Made by a program: the position numbers and the translations under genes. A DNA stretch of 20,000 bases from an uncultured virus (IMG/VR IMGVR_UViG_3300010351_001916) (lineage: Duplodnaviria; Heunggongvirae; Uroviricota; Caudoviricetes), in IMG/VR virus record IMGVR_UViG_3300010351_001916. One strand, 5' to 3'. The notes under the pieces are model-generated. The model saw nothing but the letters and a program-made list of their open reading frames with translations. It had not been told where the DNA came from and searched no databases. Shown piece by piece: positions 1 through 9,000 of the stretch. Position 1 is the first letter of the stretch. Every line of letters starts with the position of its first letter.

Positions 1-172
1 CTACATCACCCCTACATGGCAGTCCACGCAGCATCTCCGCGGAATGTTGCAAGTATCTCAACCACCTGAAAAAGAACATCTTTCTGTCGATTGACGCCTT
101 GCTAATCCCACACACCGGAGCCTGTATGTCCCACGCGACAACGCACCCCCCACGGGACAACGGAGAAGGAAA

Positions 173-1078
173 ATGCTCAACACGCTGCGCTTCGGGATCG
201 AGATCGAGACGGTGGGCCTGGGACGCGAAGGCCTCGCGAATGCCATCCAGAGCGTGGTTGGCGGAACCAAGACTGCCGACTACCGCAGCTGGAAGATCGT
301 AGACGCCAAGGGCCGCAGCTGGAGGGTGGTGCCGGATGGTTCGCTGAGCGGCGGAGAGCAGAGCGGGGAGATCGTCAGCCCGGTCCTCGGCTACGACGAT
401 ATCGATGAGTTGCAGCAGGTGGTTCGGGCGGTGCGCAACGCGGGCGGACGCTCCGACCTGAGTTGCGGAATCCACGTCCACATTGACGGAAGCCGATTCG
501 ATGCGCGCGGGGTGACGAATCTGGTCAAGATGGTGCACAAGCAGGAGCGCTTGATCGAACAGGCGCTCGGGATCAGCGAGACCCGCCTCCAGCGCTACTG
601 CCGCCCGGTCGACGCGGAGTTCATCCGCCGCCTGGAGAGCCGCCGCCCGCGCACGATGCAGGAAGTCAGCGACGCCTGGTACGGGCGCCGCAACGCGAAC
701 CCCGATCGCTATGATTCGAGTCGCTATCACGGAGTCAACCTAAACAGCCTGTTTTTTAGGGGATCGATCGAGCTGAGGTTCTTCAACGGGACGACGCACG
801 CGGGCGAGATCAAGTCGTACATTCAATTCGCTCTCGCGCTCGCCGCCAAGGCGCTCGGGTCGAAGGCAGCATCGAGCCGCCGCCGCGAATACAACGCAGC
901 GACTTCGAAGTACGACATGAGGGTCTGGCTCCTCGGCCTCGGGATGATTGGCGACGAGTTCAAGACCGCCCGGCTGCACCTGCTCAAGAAGCTCGGCGGC
1001 TCCGCTGCTTGGAAGGGCGAGCGCCGCGATCGCGCCCAGGGCGACCAGCGCGCAGCCCAGGAGGAACGTGCCGCATAA
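173..1078 (+). CDS. Putative amidoligase (COOH-NH2 ligase, glutamine-synthetase-like fold; Amidoligase_2-type)
   Basis: 301-aa ORF with family motifs [32 protein letters not shown] and IELRFFNGT. Purine-rich RBS (GGAGAAGGA) before the ATG. GGCT genes lie downstream, as is typical for this family. Confidence 0.9.
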   Translation: MLNTLRFGIEIETVGLGREGLANAIQSVVGGTKTADYRSWKIVDAKGRSWRVVPDGSLSGGEQSGEIVSPVLGYDDIDELQQVVRAVRNAGGRSDLSCGIHVHIDGSRFDARGVTNLVKMVHKQERLIEQALGISETRLQRYCRPVDAEFIRRLESRRPRTMQEVSDAWYGRRNANPDRYDSSRYHGVNLNSLFFRGSIELRFFNGTTHAGEIKSYIQFALALAAKALGSKAASSRRREYNAATSKYDMRVWLLGLGMIGDEFKTARLHLLKKLGGSAAWKGERRDRAQGDQRAAQEERAA

Positions 1079-1091
1079 CGCAATAGCCCGG

Positions 1092-1113
1092 GGGGGCCCG
1101 GCCGCGGGCCCCC
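1092..1113 (+). terminator. GC-rich stem-loop after the amidoligase stop (possible terminator or processing hairpin)
   Basis: GGGGGCCCG-gccg-CGGGCCCCC, a perfect 9-bp stem shortly after TAA. No U-tract follows. Confidence 0.45.
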
Positions 1114-1281
1114 AAGCCAGGCCGCAAGTTCTGCTGACGCCCTGATTCGGGCATCGCGCAGAATCCTCGAAGAACCCGCAGGCCCTGATACGTACATCAG
1201 GGCGGCGACAATCGGGGGGCGAGAATCCTCGAGGATTGTCGAAGGTGATAGTTGGAACACAACCCGCATGTACATCCGGCC

Positions 1282-1596
1282 ATGAAGACGAACAACGCAA
1301 TCAGCAAGACGCCCGCGAACGCCAACATCAATGTATCGCTTGCCCACAGCCGCTACGGGACAGCGCAGCCGCAGGTCGAGATCCGCTACCCGCGCGGGAC
1401 CCACTACCGCGTAGTGCGCGCCGCCCTCTACGCCCTTGCCGCGAAGCTCGAGACCGCGACGCCGGCCGGGGACAACTGGGTCGTCGAAGTCGACGCTTTC
1501 GGCGACGAGAGCGGGCGAGTGTACCTCGAACTGGTCAAGGCCGACGACGCCGAGACGAAGCGCGGGCTCGCGCTGCTCCGAAAGGTGGTCGGCTGA
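1282..1596 (+). CDS. Hypothetical protein (~104 aa)
   Basis: Globular-looking ORF with GC3-rich codons, co-oriented inside the cluster. ATG at 1282 preferred over TTG at 1252. Confidence 0.65.
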   Translation: MKTNNAISKTPANANINVSLAHSRYGTAQPQVEIRYPRGTHYRVVRAALYALAAKLETATPAGDNWVVEVDAFGDESGRVYLELVKADDAETKRGLALLRKVVG

Positions 1597-1705
1597 CCGG
1601 GCCGGGGGCAGGGGCGCCAAGCGCGCTCCCGCCCTCGACTTGTCGCGCGCGAGAAGCGATTCATGATACGCGGGCAGGGAGCCCGCCGACGCGGGAGAAA
1701 CGAAC

Positions 1706-2146
1706 GTGCTCTACTTTGCCTATGGCTCGAATCTCAACGAAGCGCAGATGCGCGAGCGCTGCCCAAGCGCCGTGCGCGGTCCGCGCGCGCGCCTTCGCGG
1801 CTACGCGCTGACGTTCGGCGGGTTCAGCCACCGATGGGGCGGCGCGGTGGCAAGCGTCATCCGGGCGCATGGAGCCGAAGTGCACGGGCTCCTCTACGCC
1901 ATCGACGCCGAGGACATCGCGGCGCTCGACCGCTGCGAGGGCCACCCCTTCGCGTACGAGCGCGTGGAGCGCATCGTCATCGACGAGGAGAGCCGCCGCC
2001 GGCGCGTTCATCTCTACCTCCAGCCCGAGGAGGGCTTCGAGCCGTGGGAGCCCGCCCCGGACTACTACGCGGTCCTGCGGCGCGCGTACGCCCGCTTGGG
2101 CTTCGACCGGAGGCGGCTGGCTGCCGCAGCGCGGGTGGCGGCATGA
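1706..2146 (+). CDS. Gamma-glutamylcyclotransferase (GGCT/AIG2-like) family protein
   Basis: N-terminal LYFAYGSNL signature, VHGLLY, and LDRCEG with the catalytic-type Glu. GGGAG RBS before the GTG. Confidence 0.9.
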   Translation: MLYFAYGSNLNEAQMRERCPSAVRGPRARLRGYALTFGGFSHRWGGAVASVIRAHGAEVHGLLYAIDAEDIAALDRCEGHPFAYERVERIVIDEESRRRRVHLYLQPEEGFEPWEPAPDYYAVLRRAYARLGFDRRRLAAAARVAA

Positions 2147-2541
2147 GGCGCGACGTGAGCCAACGTGGGGCCAGCACGCGCGTGTTCGTCTACGGCACGC
2201 TTCTGGAGGGCGAGGGGAACCACGACCTCCTCGCCCGCGCCGAGTTCCTTGGCCCGGCTCGCACGCCGCCCCGCTTCGCGCTCCACGACCTGGGAGGCTT
2301 CCCGGGTCTGGTCGCCGGCGGCGAGCACGCGGTCGACGGAGAAGTGTACATCGTCGGGCCGGACACCCTGGCCCGGTTGGATCAGCTCGAAGGCCATCCC
2401 CGGTTCTACCGGCGCGCTCCGATCGCCCTCGAGGACGGCTGCACCGTCGAAACCTACCTGCTGCCCCGCGACCGCGTCGAGGGACGTCCCGTCATCGCGT
2501 CGGGCAGCTGGCGCGCGCGCCGGAGAGAGAGGGTCGCATGA
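2143..2541 (+). CDS. Gamma-glutamylcyclotransferase / gamma-glutamylamine cyclotransferase (YtfP/GGACT-like)
   Basis: Motifs VFVYGTL, FPGLV, VDGEVY and LDQLEGHP. True start inferred at ATG 2143 (ATGA overlap with the previous stop), not 1663. Confidence 0.88.
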   Translation: MRRDVSQRGASTRVFVYGTLLEGEGNHDLLARAEFLGPARTPPRFALHDLGGFPGLVAGGEHAVDGEVYIVGPDTLARLDQLEGHPRFYRRAPIALEDGCTVETYLLPRDRVEGRPVIASGSWRARRRERVA

Positions 2542-2780
2542 ACATCGTGATGCGTGATGGCCGCGTCTTCCGCGGCACGGCGGTGCAGATCGTCAAGGCG
2601 ATGCAGGACATCGCGTTCGGTGTTGAGCAGTTCACGCTGCCCGAGTACATCGACTGGGTCGTGCAGAACGCCGCGAAATTCGAGGAGGTCGAGCTCAAGA
2701 TCACGGGCGAGACCGACGAGGAGAAGGCGGCGTCGCTGGTGGCGGAGATGATCAGGACGGGTTTGACGCGGAAGATGTGA
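2538..2780 (+). CDS. Hypothetical protein (80 aa, MNIVMRDGRVF...)
   Basis: ATGA overlap with the upstream stop, GGAGAGAGAGG RBS and strong codon bias. It is the real C-terminal part of the 1869..2780 ORF. Confidence 0.75.
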   Translation: MNIVMRDGRVFRGTAVQIVKAMQDIAFGVEQFTLPEYIDWVVQNAAKFEEVELKITGETDEEKAASLVAEMIRTGLTRKM

Positions 2781-2954
2781 GCGGCGAATTCCGTTTGGAT
2801 AGAAGCAGTTCGTCGACCGCTTCCGATTTCCGGCGCTTGGGTGCCGCGCTGAACACAGATTCGTGGGGCACATTCTTGGGAGTGAAGAAACAGCGGGACA
2901 CCATTCCGCTGAGAGTCTTGTATGATCGCCAGGCTGCCCAGAGGAGGTACGAGC

Positions 2955-3584
2955 ATGGTGACCATCGAGCTACAGCGATCGTTCTGGGTGAGTGCGCTGT
3001 TAACAGCGCACGAGTTGTACGAGTTCGCCGATGAGAACGAGCAGATCAAGTCGATGGAATGCCTCGGCTGGTGCTGGGGCGATCGCAACCACGCGCGCAA
3101 CCTGTTCGTTGTACGCTACGCGAGTGTGACGCAGCTTATCGAGCACCGGGATGAGGGCTCAGTGCTGGGGCCCGACCCGTTCACGAGCTTGTTGCACCAA
3201 GCGTGGGCGGGCCTCGACCTGGCCGACGTGAACCCACTCGGGAACTTCCACTCCCACCCGTGGTCCGCTGCCGAAGTCGACCAGATCCGCGGCAACGGCG
3301 AGCCGGACACGTTCTTCTGGGAAGCGTCCGACGCCGACAAGGACAGCATGGGGCCGGACATGATTGAGGTGATCATCGCGCTTCGCCCGATCGGCAAGGT
3401 CGACGCGGCCGAGCACCAGTGGGCCGAGCGCGGCCTCATCGTTTCCGGTAAGCACGATGTGAAGCACGTGGCGATCTCGGGGTGGCACAAGGACGATCAG
3501 GGGACCGTCACACAGGCAAAGGTTCGCTTCCCGGACTGCGCATTCATTAACGACCTGATCGCAAGGATTGATGCGCGGCGCTAA
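2955..3584 (+). CDS. JAB/MPN (Mov34/JAMM-like) metallopeptidase-domain protein
   Basis: MECLGWCWG (E-x-x-G strand), LGNFHSHP and a downstream SDAD match the JAMM E...HxH...SxxD pattern. GGAGG at 2943-2947 precedes ATG 2955. TATGAT -10-like box at 2921-2926. Confidence 0.75.
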   Translation: MVTIELQRSFWVSALLTAHELYEFADENEQIKSMECLGWCWGDRNHARNLFVVRYASVTQLIEHRDEGSVLGPDPFTSLLHQAWAGLDLADVNPLGNFHSHPWSAAEVDQIRGNGEPDTFFWEASDADKDSMGPDMIEVIIALRPIGKVDAAEHQWAERGLIVSGKHDVKHVAISGWHKDDQGTVTQAKVRFPDCAFINDLIARIDARR

Positions 3585-3885
3585 GCCACCTCTGGTTGCG
3601 CTTCTTGCGATACGGATGCTTGTCGACTTTCGCCGGCACTAGCGATCGTTCGCAGGGGACCTTCACCGGTCTGGTTTGGTAATAGTGTGAATAGAACCTT
3701 GTGCCCAGCTCGCGGGCGGCGGCAGAAAACACCTTCTGGACACCACACAGCGCGTCAACTACACCGCCGCGAAAACAGGGTACTTGACGAGCTGTGATTT
3801 CGCCAGGATCTGTGCCGATACCGAACACGGATGGGCAGGGTAGGTCAGTCCAGGTCGAGCCTCTTGGGCGCGCGCTCCGTCGCGG

Positions 3886-4521
3886 TCAGTTGGTCGATCG
3901 TGCTCGCTCACTGCGTGCAGGATGGGCGACGCCCGTCGCAGCCGCGAGTTCGGCGATCACGCGCTCGAGGACATCGCCCGGGCTCCCAGGGTCGCCTGAC
4001 ACGCGCACGAACCGTCCGACCACGTCCACGTGCGCGCGCCGCAGATGCTCGTCGCGCAGGCGGCAGTCAGCGTCGGCCGTGATGGTCTCCAGATCCTCGG
4101 CGCTCGTTCCTCGGCGGTGCAGTCTCGCGACGCGCGTCGCAAGCGGTGTGTCCATGTAGATGGTGACGTCCGCAGGCCGGAGCAGCCGCTGCACATCGTC
4201 GACCTCGAGCCGCGATCCCCTGAAGGCGGCGTACGCCTGGGTCGAGAGAAAGTAGCGGTCGAGGACTACCGAGCGACCTCGCTTCAGCAGCGCGGAGACC
4301 TCTTCCGACGCTGCGAAAACGGTGGCGAGGTAGAAGAGTTGCTTGGCCTCTTGGCTCGAGCCGAGGGTCTCGACGAGGTCGTCACGAAAGCTCCGAACGC
4401 GTGGCGAGGGGGTCGTCATGAATTCGGCGCTGATGCGCTCGGCGAGTTGGGCAGCGCACGTGCTCTTGCCGGAGCCGTCCAGGCCCTCGAACACAATGAA
4501 GGTCGGCCGGGGAAGCGTCAT
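3886..4521 (-). CDS. Thymidylate-kinase-family NMP kinase (CMPK2-like)
   Basis: P-loop FIVFEGLDGSGKST and VVLDRYFLST. AAGGAGG RBS and ATGA overlap with the radical SAM stop. Confidence 0.88.
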   Translation of the reverse strand: MTLPRPTFIVFEGLDGSGKSTCAAQLAERISAEFMTTPSPRVRSFRDDLVETLGSSQEAKQLFYLATVFAASEEVSALLKRGRSVVLDRYFLSTQAYAAFRGSRLEVDDVQRLLRPADVTIYMDTPLATRVARLHRRGTSAEDLETITADADCRLRDEHLRRAHVDVVGRFVRVSGDPGSPGDVLERVIAELAAATGVAHPARSERARSTN

Positions 4522-5861
4522 GCCGCCTCCTTCGTGCTCGCCGGGATCCAGCGGAAGAGGTCCGGCTCCTGTGTGGCGGCGAGCATCTTAAGCTCCCGCA
4601 TGTCCTTGGGGTGGCGCCCCTCCGTGAGCCGCAGCGCTTCGGAGAGCCGCGCCATCGCGCGCCAGTCGTCGATTTCGAAGGTGCTCGACCGGAGGACCAT
4701 GGGCATCGCTCCGCCGCTGTCGCCGAGGCTCCACTTGTCGCGCTCACGCTCGATGGCCGTCCCGCGCAGCAGCAGGAGCGGGAACGCCTTGATGACGGGC
4801 ACCTCACGCTCGAGACACCAAGCGACACTCGCCTCGAACGAGTCCACGGTCTGCAGCGGCAGGCCGAAGATCAGCGACACCTCGTGAGAGATGCCGCGGG
4901 ACCGCACCCCCGCGAGCGCTGCGTCCACCCGGCCGATCTGGTTGCGACGTGCGATCACGCGCCCCTCGGCCGCGTGGATCGTCTGGAGCCCGAACTCCAG
5001 GCAGACGTCCAGAGCTGACGCCGCGTCGAGGAACGCATCATTCACCGCCTCCGCTCGACACTGCAGCGACAGACGCCCCGTGAAGCTCCGCTCCGCGAAT
5101 CGCTCGAGGACGCCCACGGCGTGCGGTGCCATGTTGAAGATGGGGTCCAGCACGGCGATCTCGCGCACACCGGACTCGCAGAAGAGATCGATCTCGGCTT
5201 CGATACGCGGAAGGCCCAGGGCGCGCTGCCGCAGCCGCGCACCTGGCTCGCGGTGCTGGCAGAACGCGCAGCGGAACGGGCAGCCGCGCTGCGTCTCCCA
5301 CCGGATGAACGACTGGTCGGTCAGCGGGATCGTCCCCGTCAGCCACGGCGAAGGAAGCGCTTCAAGGTTCACCGCCGCCTGCGCGAGGGCGTCCGGCGTC
5401 CCCGCCCAGTGGACGCCAAGGATCGGATTCGGCCGCGTCGTCGCCGCGAGAGTCGCCAGCGCTTCCTCGCCGTAGCCGCGGATGAAAGCATCGACGTCGG
5501 GGTAGATGCGCTCGAGACCGCGCCCGCTGTAGGAAATCTGAGGGCCGCCGAGGATCAGCCGGCCGCTGAAGCCCGCCGCCCGTAGTCGGCGGACCACGCC
5601 CTGCAGCAACTCCTCCCCCCACACGTAGGCCCCGAACGCGACATCGACGTCGGCGGGGTCAATGCCCTGCATCTCCTTGAGGATGGTGGCGGTGATCCCG
5701 GCAGCGTCGAGGTCGGGTCCGTTGACGGCCACGACGATGGATCGGACTTCCAGCCCACCTCGTCCGCGCAGCGCGGTGAGGATGGACGCGTGACCCAGTG
5801 GGACGCGCGGGTCCTTGTCGCGCGTCCAGTAGAAATCGACGAGAATGCTGCGGCGGTTCAA
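4518..5861 (-). CDS. Cobalamin (B12)-binding-domain radical SAM protein
   Basis: ETQRGCPFRCAFC (CxxxCxxC). N-terminal B12-binding-like segments VAFGAYVW, LILGGPQ and FIRGYGE; core motifs LEFGLQT and LIFGLP. Start placed at TTG 5861 behind AGGAGG; ATG 5924 is an alternative. Confidence 0.88.
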   Translation of the reverse strand: MNRRSILVDFYWTRDKDPRVPLGHASILTALRGRGGLEVRSIVVAVNGPDLDAAGITATILKEMQGIDPADVDVAFGAYVWGEELLQGVVRRLRAAGFSGRLILGGPQISYSGRGLERIYPDVDAFIRGYGEEALATLAATTRPNPILGVHWAGTPDALAQAAVNLEALPSPWLTGTIPLTDQSFIRWETQRGCPFRCAFCQHREPGARLRQRALGLPRIEAEIDLFCESGVREIAVLDPIFNMAPHAVGVLERFAERSFTGRLSLQCRAEAVNDAFLDAASALDVCLEFGLQTIHAAEGRVIARRNQIGRVDAALAGVRSRGISHEVSLIFGLPLQTVDSFEASVAWCLEREVPVIKAFPLLLLRGTAIERERDKWSLGDSGGAMPMVLRSSTFEIDDWRAMARLSEALRLTEGRHPKDMRELKMLAATQEPDLFRWIPASTKEAA

Positions 5862-6026
5862 AGGGCCTCCTCGGCTCGGGCAGTCGCGATGACCGAGACG
5901 GCGCTGGATTCGGGATGCGGACATCGGACAGGAAAGATCGACGGAGCTACGAACTCACACGGAAGCGTTGTCCGCATGGGCTGCCGCTGCGCGTCTACCT
6001 CCCGACGCATGTGACCGGGAGCAGCG

Positions 6027-9000
6027 ATGAGATCCTTTGATGACCTCTTGAGACGACTCGACGCGGCCGAAGCCAAGGACTGGGAGGAGGAGTACGCAAG
6101 GGCCGCGGTTGAGCTCACGCGAGACCAGGCTTCCGCGGTGGTGTGCTCCGAGCGAGTCTACGCGCACTGGTTCGCGTTCCGGTTCGACGCGGGACCGCCC
6201 GGTGAGCCGCTTCCAACCACCGAGGCTGCCCTCGAGGCCGTTCTGCTCGGCAACGACGGATCGCCGCTTGATGCGTACCGCGTCGTGTTCGGGTCGCCGC
6301 CCGTCGCAGAGGACGCTCCGGTTGACCTGCGACTGGCTCTCCTCTGCAACGCTGCCGCCTGCGCCCTGAAGCAAGATACGTCCTGGTTTGCGACGTGGCT
6401 TGCCGCTTGTGCTGGTTTGGCAGCAATCGCCCTCGGCTCGCCCGAGCGGGCGTGGCCGTTCCTCGACGGCCTCACTACCGCAGGCCGTCGTCATCCGCAC
6501 CTGGACAAGCTCGCTATGTTCGAGCCTCTGCGTCGCAGCGAGGCCGCCCAATGGAGTCCGTGGGTGCGCGCTGTGATCTGCCGCCTTTGGCCCAAGCTGG
6601 GCGTGCCCGTGGTCCCCTCGCTGCCGTTCCCGGACGTGGGGGCCGACGAGGCTCCTCTCGAAGACACGCTCGACGAGCTCTCTCGCATCGGCGCGATCGA
6701 GGTCCGCGCCCTTGTCGAGGCTTTCGTCGAGGAGTTGGACTCGGTGGATCTCGAGCGCCGCGCAGACGAACCTCTCGTTCGCGAGCTCCGCGCGCGGGCC
6801 ATGGGAGGGAATCTCGTGCCGCCGACCGTCGACCGCGTGCCATCGTGGTTCCCGGGTTGGGCGCTCGCGGTGGCCCGCGCAGGCGAGGCGCACCTCGCGC
6901 GGCTGGCGGGCCTGGTCCTTCGCGGGGTGGACTCCGATGCGGAGCAGCTAGCGGCCATGCTCGTGCTGCCCGCCGCCCGCGCGGCCGACCTGGAGGTGCT
7001 CGCTGAGGGGCTCGACGCTCCCGAGCTACAACCGCTCTTCGCTGAACTCACGGTCGCCCGAGAAGCGCTCCCCTTTGAGGTGGCAGACGCATTGGTCGCA
7101 GCTGCGCTGCCCCGTCACATTCGTTACGTCGAGGCTCTTGGTGTACTGGCCCAGCACGTCGAGCTGCTCCAAGGTGTGGGCGCTACGCCCGGGGGTGTTG
7201 TCAACCACATCGCAACGACGTTGCGGGCCTTGATCGAGGGGAGGCAGCGAGAACACGAGGTCGTTCGTCCCATCCTCGAGCGAGTAACCGCCGAGGTCGG
7301 CCGTGAGGCCGGCCGGCTGAGCACCGTTGGGAGGCGCCTCAGCGCGGCCGACGTCGAGCGGGCTTCCGCGAAGATCGGAGTGCCGGAGGTCACCACCGGC
7401 CTGCTGGAAGCGGCCACCGAAGCCACTTCGGGACTTCCGGTTCTCAATCGACTGCTGCTCGCCCTCGCGCTCCGACGAGCGGTCGGCGAGACGGACCACA
7501 AGGATCACTGGGAAGCGCCGCTCGCAAAGCTGGCTTCTGATTCGATCTACGCTCTTGGTGAGCCGCAGCTGTTCGACCTGCGACTGCGCCTGCTCGACGA
7601 GGCGATCCAGGCCGCCCACCCCGGGATGCCGAACGCCAAACTCTACTTCCAGCGGGCGAACACTCGGGGGGCGACCAGGGCCGGAGACGTGCGATCGACC
7701 GAGCTCGCCCTCGCCGATCTGCACACGGCGATCCGGCTGGCGCGTGCCGAGGGGAACTCAGGTCTGTGCGCAGCGTCGACTGCCGCCTGGGTGAAGGCCC
7801 TCGTGTGGAGCGCCACTGATGACGGTGCGGGTCGCTCCGATCGACTCGCCGAGGCGGAGTCGGCCATCGCAGATGCCCTCGAACTGCCCCTCGATCCCAT
7901 CGACAGGGCCGCGGTTCACCAGGCGCGCGCTCACCTCGTGCGGCTGGGGAGCCCCGCGGAGTCCGTGAGCGCCTTCGAGGCCGCGCTCGCGCTGCTGATG
8001 CCCGAGGACCCGTTTTGGACCGAGATCGCCGCCGAGATTGTGGCGACCCTGCTGCGCGTGGATCGCCTCGAAGAGGCAGTGCAGCGCGGGACCGAGTACC
8101 TGAACCAGGTCCGGGGTGACGGCATCGGGATCGCGTTTGGGATGCTTCACCTGGCACTCGGAGAGGCGCACCTTGCGAGCGGGCACTGGGATGAGGCGCG
8201 GCGACAGCTCGAGAGCGGACTTCAACTGGTCCGTGGGCGCGACACCCTGAACGAAGCGCTTGCCCGGCTGCACCTCGCACAGCTTGGGCTGGCCGCTGGC
8301 GACAACGCGTTGAGCGAGGAGCATCTCCGGTTCCTGCGGGACCATCAAGAAGAGTTGGACCCGTTGACTCGCCGCGACCTCGACATCCTGGAGGCCGCCG
8401 CCCTCGCGGCACAAGGAGACACGGCCCAGCAGCGTGCGATGCTCGCCCGAACGCTCTCTACTGTGAAGGATGAGTGTGTGAGCGTTGGGCTGCGCCTCGA
8501 GATCGCGCGGCTCGACCTGGCCGCGGGACGTCCGGTCAACGGCCTCGACGGTCTCATCCTGCTCGGCCTTGAGACGGAGCTCGAGCCTCGCCACGAGGCG
8601 GTGCTGACCGATCTGCTCTGCGACCGCGATGAGTCGTTGGCTCCTTCGACGCGCGAGGAGGCGCTCCGTTGGGCTCGCCAGCGTCCGCCGAGCATCCTCG
8701 CACGGCTACAGCACCAAGCCGGCCGAACCGCGGAGGCCCGAAGCACGTTGCGCGCTGCGCTCGCCGGTGACCTAATAGACAACCACGAGCGCTTCGGCTG
8801 CACGCACTTGCTCATGACCTTGCTCGACAGCGAGCAGCACGACGAGCGGCGAGCGTTATGCGGCGAGCTGGAGCGGCTGCTCGACGCCGTCGAGGACGTG
8901 CCCCACGTCCGGCTCGATCTCGCGGCGGGGATGTGGATGGCAGCTAGCGACGAGCTGGGTGTGGTCCTGCGAGCGCGGGCGCACGCGCTTCGAGCGCTAG

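Noticed and set aside
1..8. CTACATCA shared with about 18501 as a possible att pair
   Set aside because: An 8-bp match is expected by chance in 20 kb.
98..1665. Shared CTTG...AGC...ATG promoter-like motif before the amidoligase (98-128) and the first GGCT (1639-1665)
   Set aside because: Spacing differs between the two copies, which is too weak to support from two examples.
1663..2537. Long N-terminal extensions of ORFs 1663..2541 and 1869..2780
   Set aside because: These are Arg/Pro/Ser-rich off-frame reads over real genes; ATGA-coupled starts explain the true CDSs.
3886..4521. Housekeeping tmk
   Set aside because: No holB-type context, divergent motifs and coupling to an accessory gene, so the symbol is withheld.
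4518..5861. Radical SAM as a prokaryotic viperin
   Set aside because: It has an N-terminal B12-binding domain and an RGCPFRCAFC context, not the compact viperin CNYxCxFC type.
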